Origin: Candidatus Woesearchaeota archaeon
GTDB taxonomy: Archaea; Nanobdellota; Nanobdellia; Woesearchaeales; GW2011-AR4
Direction of reading: 5' to 3'
NCBI GenBank assembly: GCA_016211245.1
Contig: JACQSQ010000013.1
Span: 796 to 64,795 of the forward strand
DNA: 64,000 bases
Shown: positions 8,701 to 18,899 of the stretch, one piece after another
Position numbering within the stretch: position 1 is the first letter of the stretch
Layout of the letters: each line of letters starts with the position of its first letter
Notes under the pieces: model-generated
What the model was told of the DNA's origin: nothing
The model's database searches: none
What the model saw: the letters and a program-made list of their open reading frames with translations, nothing else
Translations under genes and position numbers: made by a program

Positions 8701-9895
8701 AGGAAAGAAATTTTCAAACAATATGTTTCTTTTTATTATTATTGTTTTAACTCTTATTGCGTTATCATTCCTTATTGCTTCAGTTAAGTTGAACCACAAA
8801 TTTTTTGCCAAATTCACCATAGACAATCAATTGACAAATGAGGCTTTGCAGAAGATTAAAACATTTAGGATCTCTCTTGCAGTTCTTGGCATACTGTTCA
8901 TAGCCACTGTATTACTCGCGAAACATAGAAAATCAGGTATTATAGGGTTTTTAGAGGCTCATAAGACAGGAATTCAGAATCTGATGCTGCTGCTGGCTGT
9001 CATCTTAGCCTTGATATTGCTGACAGAATTGTCGCTTAGATTTATGCTTCCTGAGGAGTTCAAGCGGACATTGCCGGCAGGAGCGCTAAAGGCCAGCCAG
9101 AAAATAGAGCTTAATGATGAAGGCTACAGGGATTTAAATCACCAGTTAATGAAGAGAAATGTATATAGAATAGCAGTTTTAGGGGATTCTTTTACATTCG
9201 GCACAGGAATAGAAAATATGGAAAGCACTTATCCAAAGATACTGCAGACAAAACTAAACGCCAAGGCAAGAACAATAAAATATGGAGTCTTTAATTTCGG
9301 CAAAGAGGGAGTGGACACGGAATATGAGATAAAAATACTCCAACAGTACGCGCTTAAATACAATCCGGACATTATAATTGTCGGATATGTGCTGAATGAC
9401 TTCAGGGACGCAGCAAGCCAAAATAAGAGGAATTTCTACCTGTTCTGGGCTGACAAATATATAGAGAGAAAATCTTACCTCTACAGCCTAATCAAAAAAA
9501 GCGGTGTTAATCTGCTGGAATCTATAGGGGTAATAAAATCTTACCAGAAAGCTATTGCAGAAAGCTTTTACTCTGATAAGAACAAGGAAATAAACCGAGC
9601 ATATATATTGGAGATGGACAAAATAGCAAAAAACAACAATGCCACTTTAGTAGTTGTTGCCATTCCATTCATTTATAACCTTGATGATTATCCTTTCTCT
9701 CATGCGCATGAGTTTTTGAAGGATACTGCCGCTCAAAACAGAATATTATACTTAGACACGCTTCCCCAGCTGTCTAAATTCAATGAAAGCGATATTGTTG
9801 TCAGCAGGTATGACTGGCATCCAAATGAAATGGGGCATAAAATAATCGCGGAAAGCATATACAATTATATGCTGGAATCCGGATTGGTGAAGTAA
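8681..9895 (+). CDS. membrane-anchored SGNH/GDSL hydrolase-type protein (paralog 2 of 4)
   Basis: Likely start at ATG 8681 (MRNPSNRGKK) then TM; IAVLGDSFTFGTG, VGYVLNDF, DWHPNEMGHKII. Confidence 0.7.
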   Translation: MRNPSNRGKKFSNNMFLFIIIVLTLIALSFLIASVKLNHKFFAKFTIDNQLTNEALQKIKTFRISLAVLGILFIATVLLAKHRKSGIIGFLEAHKTGIQNLMLLLAVILALILLTELSLRFMLPEEFKRTLPAGALKASQKIELNDEGYRDLNHQLMKRNVYRIAVLGDSFTFGTGIENMESTYPKILQTKLNAKARTIKYGVFNFGKEGVDTEYEIKILQQYALKYNPDIIIVGYVLNDFRDAASQNKRNFYLFWADKYIERKSYLYSLIKKSGVNLLESIGVIKSYQKAIAESFYSDKNKEINRAYILEMDKIAKNNNATLVVVAIPFIYNLDDYPFSHAHEFLKDTAAQNRILYLDTLPQLSKFNESDIVVSRYDWHPNEMGHKIIAESIYNYMLESGLVK

Positions 9896-10612
9896 TTATT
9901 TTTCCACGAAAAAGTACCTCCTGGCCGTGCCTTTTGGAATTTTCAGCAGAGGCAGGAAAAACTTCAGCAAAGTCCTGCTAAGAAGCCTTGTAGCGGCATT
10001 CTGCTCAAGATAACTTAAATAATAAGCCAATAAAGGATGAATGCCATCCATTTTAATGAGCTTATATTTTTTTCCTTTCAAGGACTTTTCCACTTCATTG
10101 CCTTTTGCAGTTCCGCCGCGCAGGTGCTCCTTCAAAGATTCTGTCAAATGGCTTTTTTTCCATTTTTTTATTATCCTTTCCTGATATTTGTTGAATCCCA
10201 CAGGGTAAGTCAAAAGAATGTGTTTTTTTGCCACGCGATAGGCTTCCTGCACCATTTTCAGCTGGTCTTTTCTGCTTAAATGCTCTAAAGTGTCAACTGA
10301 AATGACAACATCAAAACTCCTGTCTTTAAATGGCAAATTTGTGGCAGAGGCTTTCATAAATTTCAATCTTGGATGCATGTAGCTTTCTGTTGCTATATCT
10401 ATGCCAACTACCTTTCCTTTATAGAACCTTGTTATGCCTATTGTGCCGGAGCCTATTTCAAGCACCTTGAGCTGTTTTTTTCCTGATCCTGCTATTTTGC
10501 CCAGCATTCTGGCAATAGGATCATACCTTAGTATGAGGTTTAGATTTCTTTCAAGAGGGGAGTTATAGGCAATCTTTAGCAATGCACCCCTAATATTTGA
10601 TTTTTTGCGCAT
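9896..10612 (-). CDS. class I SAM-dependent methyltransferase
   Basis: Motif I VLEIGSGTIGI, post-I acidic residue, DVVISVDTLEHL; probable start at internal Met (MRKKSN) avoiding overlap with upstream gene. Confidence 0.65.
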   Translation of the reverse strand: MRKKSNIRGALLKIAYNSPLERNLNLILRYDPIARMLGKIAGSGKKQLKVLEIGSGTIGITRFYKGKVVGIDIATESYMHPRLKFMKASATNLPFKDRSFDVVISVDTLEHLSRKDQLKMVQEAYRVAKKHILLTYPVGFNKYQERIIKKWKKSHLTESLKEHLRGGTAKGNEVEKSLKGKKYKLIKMDGIHPLLAYYLSYLEQNAATRLLSRTLLKFFLPLLKIPKGTARRYFFVEK

Positions 10613-10623
10613 TTTTATTAAGA

Positions 10624-12087
10624 TCAGGAAGCATAATAAACTATCATTTTTTTGTCCCCTTCCCCAAATGACCTTATCTCCTGCCAATTTTTCGGCATGT
10701 TGGAAATTTCATTCGGGAATTCTATGCCCTTATAGACTTCCCTCAACCCTTTAATCATGCCATGATTAACAGCTATGTACACATTGTGCTTATCCTTCAA
10801 ATCAATCAAAGCATTTTTTTCATTGCCTTTCGCATAATAATTAAATTCATTAAAGGCTAGAAAATTGTTTCGCTCAAATCCTGACAAATAATCCAATACA
10901 CTCTTCGTTCTTTCATCGGTGTATACTGGGCTATTAAGGGATTTTAAAAACCCATGAGACTGCTTAATTTCTGAAATTATTTGCCTGTCCTCGCTGATGT
11001 AAATAAATCCCAAGGAGCTTAAGAGCAAAAGCAATATAGCTGAAGGAAGCAGCACTTTTTGCAGTAGCTTGTCATTTTGGCAAAGGAAATTTGCAAGCAA
11101 CAGCAGGCTTGGGAAAGTTATGGTGCTCAAAAACTTCACTGTGATCGGTATGGGCACATACGGGACAAGGCTAAGAGGGCCAAAATTAAGATACAGCATC
11201 AATGCAACAAGCCATATCAATAGAACACTTGTTTCGTATTTCCTGTAAATTAAAGAATAAAACAAGGCTAGAAAGACAAAAGCAAAAAACAGCCCATAAT
11301 GGACATCATGCAGCATCAGAAAAGGCCAATGGAAAAATAATCTTGAGAGCATCCCTGAAACAGAGAAATAATTTGAATAAGTATCCTTTACAAAATCTAT
11401 TTCCTCATTCTGTATCTGGCTGTGCCTAAAAAACGGGTCTGATGTAAGGGCATAAGCATGCAAAAATTCTATAGCCGGAAATATAACAAATACAGCAAGA
11501 ATCAGCAGATGGTTCTTGCTTAATCTTCTTTTATACAATGCATAGCCGGCAAAAAACAATGCAAGCACTATCGCCATTTCCTTTATCAGATAGGCGATGC
11601 CCCAGCTTAATCCCGAGTACAAATAATGCCTTTTGCTGGAAAATTTCTCGGCCTTGAGGAAAAATAATACAGAAAGCGCCATGAAAAACGCTGATGGAAA
11701 GTCCGGCAACAGACGCGTGGAAAATATCACATCCAGAGGATAAAATGAAAGAAGCAATGCCGCAACTAATCCAGTTTTCTCATTGAACATAAACCTGCCT
11801 AGATAGAATATTAGGATAATTCCTGCCAAAGACACAATCAAAGACAGGATATTTGATGTAATCTCATTGATTCCAAAGAGCTTATAGACTATTGCCTGTG
11901 GATATATTAATCCTATTCTTGAGGAGAAATGGTTAGAGTCCAAATTAAAATTGCCCTTGGATGCTTGATATGCATATTCATAATATGCAAGCGTGTCAGA
12001 ATTGTCAGCGCCTGTGAAAAAAACCAGCCTGAGAGCAAGAGCAAACAGCAAAACAAAAAAAAGGTATTTTCTGTATTTATCTGCCAT
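10624..12087 (-). CDS. GT-C fold membrane glycosyltransferase (PMT/ArnT-like, family 39/83-like)
   Basis: Polytopic; N-terminal region with YEYAYQASKGNFNL...SRIGLIYPQAIVYKLFGINEITSNILSLIVSLAGIILIFYLGRFMF...LLLSFYPLDVIFSTRLLPD resembles ArnT/PMT_2 family loop-helix pattern. Confidence 0.6.
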   Translation of the reverse strand: MADKYRKYLFFVLLFALALRLVFFTGADNSDTLAYYEYAYQASKGNFNLDSNHFSSRIGLIYPQAIVYKLFGINEITSNILSLIVSLAGIILIFYLGRFMFNEKTGLVAALLLSFYPLDVIFSTRLLPDFPSAFFMALSVLFFLKAEKFSSKRHYLYSGLSWGIAYLIKEMAIVLALFFAGYALYKRRLSKNHLLILAVFVIFPAIEFLHAYALTSDPFFRHSQIQNEEIDFVKDTYSNYFSVSGMLSRLFFHWPFLMLHDVHYGLFFAFVFLALFYSLIYRKYETSVLLIWLVALMLYLNFGPLSLVPYVPIPITVKFLSTITFPSLLLLANFLCQNDKLLQKVLLPSAILLLLLSSLGFIYISEDRQIISEIKQSHGFLKSLNSPVYTDERTKSVLDYLSGFERNNFLAFNEFNYYAKGNEKNALIDLKDKHNVYIAVNHGMIKGLREVYKGIEFPNEISNMPKNWQEIRSFGEGDKKMIVYYAS

Positions 12088-12144
12088 ACACCAAGCTAAA
12101 TTATATATATTTATATACGTTTGCATAATCTCGTTTTAGAACTC

Positions 12145-13761
12145 ATGAAGAAAACAAGCCATAAAGCAATGCCGTTTTTGATATTCTTGATATTCCTATC
12201 CATCAGGATTTTTGTTGATTTTCCTGCTTACTTTATAGGAGGCGATGATGCAAAATACCTGACGCTTGCAAAGCATTTCCCGTACCATACGTTGGACAAT
12301 AAAGGGCTGTTCCTGCTTCATGGGCCTATGTACCCCTATCTGCTCCACTTCTTCGATTTATTTTTTGAGGATTACATGGGCGGCATAATCCTGTCGCTTT
12401 TCTCATCAATTGTCGCTTTTTTTGTCCTGTACAAGCTGATTTTATTGCTTACAAAAAGACCGAACATGGCTCTTGGAGTGGTTGCCTTTTACGCATTGTC
12501 TGTAGAGCACATAAGGTTTGCAACGGCAATACACAAGGAGTCATTCATGACCATGCTTTTTCTGCTTTCAATCTATTTTTATCTCAAGGGACTGATGGCT
12601 AATAAAAAGTATTTTCATTTTGCGTCTTTTTTTGGGGCAGTGACGGCATTGGCAACAGACCATGTGGTTTTTGTTATTGCAAGCTTTATTGTTGCTTATC
12701 TGATATTCAGAAAAAAAGAAACAAAGACGCTGCGTGCAGCAATCCCAATTATCATAGCAATCTTATTTTATTCAACGATTCTGCTGACAAGAGTCTATGT
12801 TTATACGCACAATGAATATTACTCGACTGGAGTTGACGGGGTTATAGAGAAAGTGAGCGATTTTGGCATAAGGCAGGTTTTTGCCCCTGCATTTTTCCCT
12901 GAGACAATGCAGATAGTATTTTCAAAGACAAGCTTGCTGATAAATATACTTTTCATTTTTGCTTATTTACTTAATATTGCCCCTTTTGCTGTTCCAGCAG
13001 CCTTGAATAGGCATACTATAGGAACTCTTTTTGCAAATCCCGCAACCTCATTTTTCAGCATCATTAAATTTATAGTTTATATTGTATTGTTTATCCTGTT
13101 TTTGCTTGGAATTTATGCCTTGATCAAAGAATTATTATCCAAAAAAACCAGAAACAACCACAACCTGTTCCTGTTTGCCGTATTCCTGCTCTTTTTCTTT
13201 CCCGTCACGCAAAGGATTACTACAATAAGGATGGTATTAACGGCTTCTATTCCATTGTTTTATTTCATTGTTTTGGGCTATAGTAAATTGAGAATAAATA
13301 ATTCACTAAGAAAATACTTGCCAGTTTTGACAGTGATTATATTGATATTAATGCCAATCTATTGGATTTCGGCACATAACCATTTTGTTTTTTCCATAGG
13401 AAAGTTTGTTGAAGCCGGGAACACCTCTATTTTCCTTAACTCGCTGCCAAAAGACGGCATTATGGCGCAGGTTGGATATTCCCCTGAGCTTAATTACCAG
13501 ACTAGTAAGAGGATAATCTCGATGCCTTCTGGGCCTGAAAATCTAAATTTTATATTGAAAAATTTTGGTGTTAATTATGTCTTGCATGGGGAAAGGTATT
13601 GGGAGAAATTTTCTGAAAACAACAGGAACAGGGTTTATAACTACGATATCATAAAGCACGTCAAAGAAAACCCGCAGAAATTCAAGTTGATAAAGGCTAT
13701 TGAGGAGAGAAATGAAGAGCTGGGCTATTCTGATACAATATATGTTTATGAGGTGATTTGA
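12145..13761 (+). CDS. polytopic membrane protein, GT-C-like glycosyltransferase candidate
   Basis: More than 10 TM helices, divergently adjacent to another GT-C gene; no specific catalytic motif verified. Confidence 0.4.
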   Translation: MKKTSHKAMPFLIFLIFLSIRIFVDFPAYFIGGDDAKYLTLAKHFPYHTLDNKGLFLLHGPMYPYLLHFFDLFFEDYMGGIILSLFSSIVAFFVLYKLILLLTKRPNMALGVVAFYALSVEHIRFATAIHKESFMTMLFLLSIYFYLKGLMANKKYFHFASFFGAVTALATDHVVFVIASFIVAYLIFRKKETKTLRAAIPIIIAILFYSTILLTRVYVYTHNEYYSTGVDGVIEKVSDFGIRQVFAPAFFPETMQIVFSKTSLLINILFIFAYLLNIAPFAVPAALNRHTIGTLFANPATSFFSIIKFIVYIVLFILFLLGIYALIKELLSKKTRNNHNLFLFAVFLLFFFPVTQRITTIRMVLTASIPLFYFIVLGYSKLRINNSLRKYLPVLTVIILILMPIYWISAHNHFVFSIGKFVEAGNTSIFLNSLPKDGIMAQVGYSPELNYQTSKRIISMPSGPENLNFILKNFGVNYVLHGERYWEKFSENNRNRVYNYDIIKHVKENPQKFKLIKAIEERNEELGYSDTIYVYEVI

Positions 13762-13816
13762 TTCTATTGAGTTTATTATAGAAAACTTTTTAACTGCTTA
13801 TATAGTTACTTAAAGC

Positions 13817-15043
13817 ATGAACATATCCATTTTCGGGGTTGGGAGGGTAGGCTTGCCTCTGGCTTTGTTCTTTGCAGAGCATGGCCAGAGAGTCATTGGA
13901 GTGGATGTTGATGAGAGCAGAGTTGAGACTTTAAGCAAAGGCATCATGCCGTTTTATGAGGAAGGCGCGAACAAGCTGCTAAAAAAGCACATAAACAAGC
14001 TTTTTACAGTCACAACCGATGCAAAGAATGCTGTAAAGCAAAGCGATGCTATCATATTGACTTTGGGAACGCCAGTTGATGAGCATGTCAATCCTGTTTT
14101 CAGCCAGATAGAGAAAGCCCTTGCTGATATTGCAGCTTACTTGAAAAAAGAGCAGATTCTGATACTGAGAAGCACTGTAACTCCAGGCACGACAGAATAC
14201 TTAAAAAGATTTATCGAAAAAAACACGAAATTCAAGGTTGGGAAGGATTTCTTTTTGGCATTTTGCCCTGAAAGGATAGCACAAGGATTTTCGCTTGAGG
14301 AACTGAAGGAGATTCCAACAATAATAGGCACTTTGGACAAGGAAAGCGCAAAAAGGGCCGAAAAAGTGTTCAGGACTTTCACGGAAAAAATAATCCATTC
14401 TGACGCAAGAAGCACCGAATTAGCAAAATTATTCACAAATATGTACCGTTATATCAATTTCGCTATAGCAAATGAGTTTATGATGCTCGCTGATGCGCAC
14501 GATAGGAACATTTACGAGATAATAGAACTTGTCAACAAAGACTATAAAAGAGGAGGATTAAGAGTTCCCGGGCTTACAGCAGGGCCATGCTTGTTTAAAG
14601 ACGGCTTTTTTTTGATCAACAAAATCCCATTTACTGAATTAATCATGAACAGCTGGAAACTTAATGAGTCAGTGCCGGCTTATCTGATAGAGAAAATAAA
14701 AGAAGCAAAAAATCTTGAAAATGCAAAAGTCGCAATTTTGGGATTGACGTTCAAGAAGAACTCTGACGACACAAGAAACTCATTGTCTTTCAAGGCAAGA
14801 AAGATTTTTGCCGCTGAAGGCGCCCAAGTCATGCTCCACGACCCTTATGTGAAGACTGAACCTTTGGAAAAAGTTTTGAAGAATGCTGACGTTGTATTCA
14901 TTGCCATGAACCACGACTATTACAGGGACATGGATAAGAATGTGCTGAAATCAAACATAAAGAGAGACGCATTGGTGTGCGATATATGGAATATGTCAGG
15001 CTTGAATAAGATATTATATTCAGCAGCTGAAATCAAAAAATGA
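13817..15043 (+). CDS. UDP-sugar 6-dehydrogenase family (UDP-glucose/UDP-ManNAc dehydrogenase-like)
   Basis: N-terminal Rossmann MNISIFGVGRVGLPLALFFAEHG, central and C-terminal UDPG/MGDP dehydrogenase domains, conserved Cys region LTAGPCLFKD. Confidence 0.85.
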   Translation: MNISIFGVGRVGLPLALFFAEHGQRVIGVDVDESRVETLSKGIMPFYEEGANKLLKKHINKLFTVTTDAKNAVKQSDAIILTLGTPVDEHVNPVFSQIEKALADIAAYLKKEQILILRSTVTPGTTEYLKRFIEKNTKFKVGKDFFLAFCPERIAQGFSLEELKEIPTIIGTLDKESAKRAEKVFRTFTEKIIHSDARSTELAKLFTNMYRYINFAIANEFMMLADAHDRNIYEIIELVNKDYKRGGLRVPGLTAGPCLFKDGFFLINKIPFTELIMNSWKLNESVPAYLIEKIKEAKNLENAKVAILGLTFKKNSDDTRNSLSFKARKIFAAEGAQVMLHDPYVKTEPLEKVLKNADVVFIAMNHDYYRDMDKNVLKSNIKRDALVCDIWNMSGLNKILYSAAEIKK

Positions 15044-16005
15044 AAGCTTTAATCACAGGTGGAGCCGGATTTGTCGGTTTTCATCTTGCAAAGCACTTGA
15101 TTTCTAAAGGCTATGAGATTCACATAGCTGACAATTTCCAAAGGGGAAGGAAAGACAAGGATTTTGGTAATCTGTTGAAGCAAAAGGGCGTAAAGCTTAT
15201 ACAATTGGATGTCACCCAGGAAAATCAATTCTCAAGACTTGACAAAAATTACGAGCATGTTTATCATTTTGCGGCCATAAACGGCACAGGGAATTTCTAC
15301 AGGATACCTGACCAAGTGCTTAAAGTTGGCGCTGTAGGAACTATAAACGTGCTTGAATGGTTTTCTTCTAAGAACAGAAATGGCAAGATAATGTTCAGCT
15401 CAAGCTCTGAAGCTTACAGCGGCTTATTGGGCATTCTGGGAAATAAATTCAAGATCCCCACTCCCGAGGAAGTGCCTCTTGTTGTTGAAAATCCAAAAAA
15501 TGCAAGATGGTCTTATGGCGCAAGCAAGATTTTGGGGGAAGTCGCTTTTTTCAGCTATGCCAAGGCCAGAAATTTCAAGAGATTTTGTGTCATCCGCTAT
15601 CATAACATCTACGGCCCAAGAATGGGATACGAGCACGTAATCCCCCAATTTTGCGAGAGAATACTTAGGAAAGAAAAAACATTCAGGATTTTTGGCGGAG
15701 AGCAGACAAGAAGCTTCTGCTATGTTGACGATGCAGTCGATGCCACTAAGCTTGTCATGGAAAGCGAGAAGACAAACGGCGAAATAGTCCATATAGGAAG
15801 GGATGATGCAGAAATCAAGATAATTAAACTTGCAGAAGAGCTTTTTGATGTTGCTAATTTTCATCCTAAAATAAAGCTAGAGAAAGAAGCCGAGGGGACA
15901 GCGCAAAGGAGATGCCCGGACATCACAAAGCTCAGGAAGCTCGGCTTTAAGCCAAAAATTAGTCTGAGGGAAGGCTTGAAAAAGACTTTTGAGTGGTATA
16001 AATAA
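15040..16005 (+). CDS. NAD-dependent epimerase/dehydratase (UDP-glucuronate decarboxylase/UXS-like SDR)
   Basis: ITGGAGFVGFHL, YGASKILGE (YxxxK), C-terminal RRCPDITKLRKLGFKPK shared with paralog at 18900; ATGA overlap with upstream dehydrogenase. Confidence 0.75.
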   Translation: MKALITGGAGFVGFHLAKHLISKGYEIHIADNFQRGRKDKDFGNLLKQKGVKLIQLDVTQENQFSRLDKNYEHVYHFAAINGTGNFYRIPDQVLKVGAVGTINVLEWFSSKNRNGKIMFSSSSEAYSGLLGILGNKFKIPTPEEVPLVVENPKNARWSYGASKILGEVAFFSYAKARNFKRFCVIRYHNIYGPRMGYEHVIPQFCERILRKEKTFRIFGGEQTRSFCYVDDAVDATKLVMESEKTNGEIVHIGRDDAEIKIIKLAEELFDVANFHPKIKLEKEAEGTAQRRCPDITKLRKLGFKPKISLREGLKKTFEWYK

Positions 16006-16019
16006 GATTTAGTGAAAAA

Positions 16020-17234
16020 ATGAAATGCCAGATTTGCTCTTCGGAAAAGCTTCATAAATTCCTTTCACTAGGCCATCAGCCGGTTCCGGACGTTTTTCTC
16101 ACAAAAGAGCAGCTTGATGAACCAGAAGCAACTTATCCGCTGGACGTCTATTTCTGCGAGGATTGCTGCCTGGTGCAACTTGGATATGCTGTTAATCCGG
16201 AACTGTTGTTCAAAGAGTATCATTACAATACCGGCACTAATGAAAGCCTGAAAAGAAATTTCAAGGCACTTGTTGATTTTGCTGTTAAGAGATTTAAGCT
16301 AGACAATAATACTTTAGCCATCGATATCGGATCAAATGACGGCACTTTATTGAGTTACTATAAAGAGCATGGCGTGAAGATTTTGGGCGTTGACCCCTCA
16401 AGCGTAGCAGACATAGCGATAAAAAATAACATTCCCACAATAAAGAATTTTTTTAATGAAAAGATTTCAGAGGAGATTGCAAATAAGCATGGAAAAGCAA
16501 AGATAATCACAGCAACAAATGTTTTTGCGCATGTTAACAGACTTGACTCTTTCATGAATGGCGTTTCAGGTTTATTATCAGATGACGGAGTTTTCATAAC
16601 AGAATCGCACTATCTTCTTGACATGATAACAAAAATGCAGTACGACTCAATATACCACGAGCATCTGAGATATTACTCATTAAAGCCTTTAATGAAGCTG
16701 TTTGAGCGGCATGGGATGGAAGTGTTTGATGCTGAAAGGATAGCAACACATGGCGGCTCGATTAGGGTTTATGCATGCAAAAAGAGCACTTACAAGATTT
16801 CAAAAAATGTGGAAAGAATAACGAAACTGGAAGGAAAAAATGGATTATATAATAGAAAAACTTATGAAACTTACAAATCAAAAGTCTTCAGCAATAAACT
16901 GAAGCTTCAGTCAATGTTGCTGAAATTAAAAAAACAAAACAAAAGGATTGCTGGAATTGGAGCGCCTGCAAAAGGGAACACCTTGCTCAACTATTGCAAC
17001 ATAACCCCGGACATAATGGAATACATTGTTGAAACTAGCAATCTTAAAATCAATAAATTCACTCCTGGGATGCACATCCCTGTTGTCGGTGAATCAAAAT
17101 TGCTCAAGGACAATCCCGACTATGCCATGATACTTTCATGGAACATAAAAGACATGTTAATTCCAAAACTAAAGCAAGCAGGGTACAAGGGAAAGTTTAT
17201 AGTTCCCAATCCGAATCCAAAAATAGTCGAGTAA
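16020..17234 (+). CDS. NDP-hexose C-methyltransferase-like (TylCIII/Methyltransf_13-14 architecture), paralog 1
   Basis: N-terminal Zn-ribbon CQICSS...CEDCCLVQL, central class I MTase (DIGSNDGTLL), C-terminal C-methyltransferase domain; 406-aa paralog at 20142-21362. Confidence 0.65.
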   Translation: MKCQICSSEKLHKFLSLGHQPVPDVFLTKEQLDEPEATYPLDVYFCEDCCLVQLGYAVNPELLFKEYHYNTGTNESLKRNFKALVDFAVKRFKLDNNTLAIDIGSNDGTLLSYYKEHGVKILGVDPSSVADIAIKNNIPTIKNFFNEKISEEIANKHGKAKIITATNVFAHVNRLDSFMNGVSGLLSDDGVFITESHYLLDMITKMQYDSIYHEHLRYYSLKPLMKLFERHGMEVFDAERIATHGGSIRVYACKKSTYKISKNVERITKLEGKNGLYNRKTYETYKSKVFSNKLKLQSMLLKLKKQNKRIAGIGAPAKGNTLLNYCNITPDIMEYIVETSNLKINKFTPGMHIPVVGESKLLKDNPDYAMILSWNIKDMLIPKLKQAGYKGKFIVPNPNPKIVE

Positions 17235-17235
17235 A

Positions 17236-18093
17236 ATGGAATACAAGAATATAGGAAGCATCAAACTGCCTGCCCTTGGGCTGGGAACATGGGAGATTGG
17301 AGGGAGATTTGAAGCAAATTATTCAAGGAAACAGCAGGAAATCAACCTGATAAAAACTGCAATCGAGCTTGGCTTTACCCATATTGACACTTCTGAAGTT
17401 TATGGAAATGGATTAACAGAGGAAATAGTCGGAGAGGCTATAAGTTCGTTTGACAGGAAAAAATTGTTTATAACAAGCAAGCTGTGGCACACCCATTTGA
17501 ATTATGAAGATGCAATTCATTCTTTGACTAAAAGCCTGAAAAGACTGAAGACAGATTATCTTGACCTTTATTTTGTTCACAAGCCGGGAACAAGCATGAA
17601 CTTAAAGCAAACAATGAATGCATTTGAGCATTTAATGGAAAAGAAACTTATAAGGAATATAGGCTTGAGCAATTTCACCAAAAAACAGATTGAGGAGGCG
17701 CAAAGGTATCTTTCAAAATCAAAGATAACAGCATTGCAGAACGAATATAACTTATTGAGCAGGGACGAGAATGCATTGGATATCTGCAACAAGCAAAACA
17801 TGGTGTTCATAGCCTACAGGCCGCTTATGAAAGGCAGGCTTGCAAAGCCAGGAATAAGGATTCTCGACGAGCTGGCAGAAAAATACAGCAAGACACAGGC
17901 CCAAATAGCATTGAACTGGGTTGTATCAAAGCCAAACATCATTGCAATCCCCAAAGCGTCTACAAAAGAGCATTTGGCTGAGAATCTTGGAGCAGTAGGA
18001 TGGGAGATGGAAAGGCAAGATTACGAAGCATTGGATAGAATAAGGCAGCCCTTTGCCAGCTCCATGAAAAGATTTTTAAAAAGATATGTTTGA
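17236..18093 (+). CDS. aldo/keto reductase family oxidoreductase
   Basis: GLGTWEIGG, IDTSEVYGNG, catalytic tetrad context (Y, K in LWHTH region), IGLSNF. Confidence 0.8.
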   Translation: MEYKNIGSIKLPALGLGTWEIGGRFEANYSRKQQEINLIKTAIELGFTHIDTSEVYGNGLTEEIVGEAISSFDRKKLFITSKLWHTHLNYEDAIHSLTKSLKRLKTDYLDLYFVHKPGTSMNLKQTMNAFEHLMEKKLIRNIGLSNFTKKQIEEAQRYLSKSKITALQNEYNLLSRDENALDICNKQNMVFIAYRPLMKGRLAKPGIRILDELAEKYSKTQAQIALNWVVSKPNIIAIPKASTKEHLAENLGAVGWEMERQDYEALDRIRQPFASSMKRFLKRYV

Positions 18094-18104
18094 CTTTTCT
18101 ATAA

Positions 18105-18866
18105 ATGAAAAAAAATTTAAAAATCACTATAGCAATTCCTGCCAGAAATTCCGAGAAAACTATAAAGCAAGTCTATAGCGATTTGGCTCCGAGTTTTAGG
18201 AATAATGCCATTCTGTCTGATGACAAAAGCACAGACAAGACAAGGGAGACGGCTAAAAAGCTCGGCATCAAGGTTTTTCAGAATCCCCGCGAGCCGGGAT
18301 ACGGCAGCAATGTAAAGAACTGCTTTAACATGGCCATCAAGGAAAAGGCTGATGTTGTTGTTATACTGCATTCCGACAACCAATATGATCCAAAAAAAGT
18401 TCCTGAGCTTGTAAAGCCAATTCTGGATGGAGAAGCAGATTTCACAATAGGCTCAAGGATTTTAGGGGACAAAGCAAGCGGAATGTCTACATTCAGGTTT
18501 ACAGGAAATAGATTGCTTGGATTTTTTGAGAACCTTGCAATGGGAACAAATTTGACTGACCTGCATTCAGGAATGGTCGCAATCAAGGCGGATTTGCTCA
18601 GGAAAATACCGTTTAACTCAAATTCAGATGATTACGGGTTTCATACGGACATTGTTTTGCAGTCGCATTATATTGGAGCAAGGTTCAAGGAAATAGGAAT
18701 ACCAACAAGATACGAGGACATAAGCACTTCAATAAGCGTTTATAGGTCAATAATCTACGGGTTTAGGACAATGCAGATGGTGATGAAGTATTTATTGCAT
18801 AAATACGGGTTGATGAAGTTTAAGGAATTCAGAATAAAAATGAATGAGCCTAACAGAAACCTTTAA
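18105..18866 (+). CDS. glycosyltransferase family 2 (Dpm1/GtrB-like)
   Basis: ITIAIPARNSEKTI, SDDKSTDKT (DxD-like), GSR segment. Confidence 0.7.
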   Translation: MKKNLKITIAIPARNSEKTIKQVYSDLAPSFRNNAILSDDKSTDKTRETAKKLGIKVFQNPREPGYGSNVKNCFNMAIKEKADVVVILHSDNQYDPKKVPELVKPILDGEADFTIGSRILGDKASGMSTFRFTGNRLLGFFENLAMGTNLTDLHSGMVAIKADLLRKIPFNSNSDDYGFHTDIVLQSHYIGARFKEIGIPTRYEDISTSISVYRSIIYGFRTMQMVMKYLLHKYGLMKFKEFRIKMNEPNRNL

Positions 18867-18899
18867 TAATCTATATTAAATCCGATTTCTTGTCATAAA

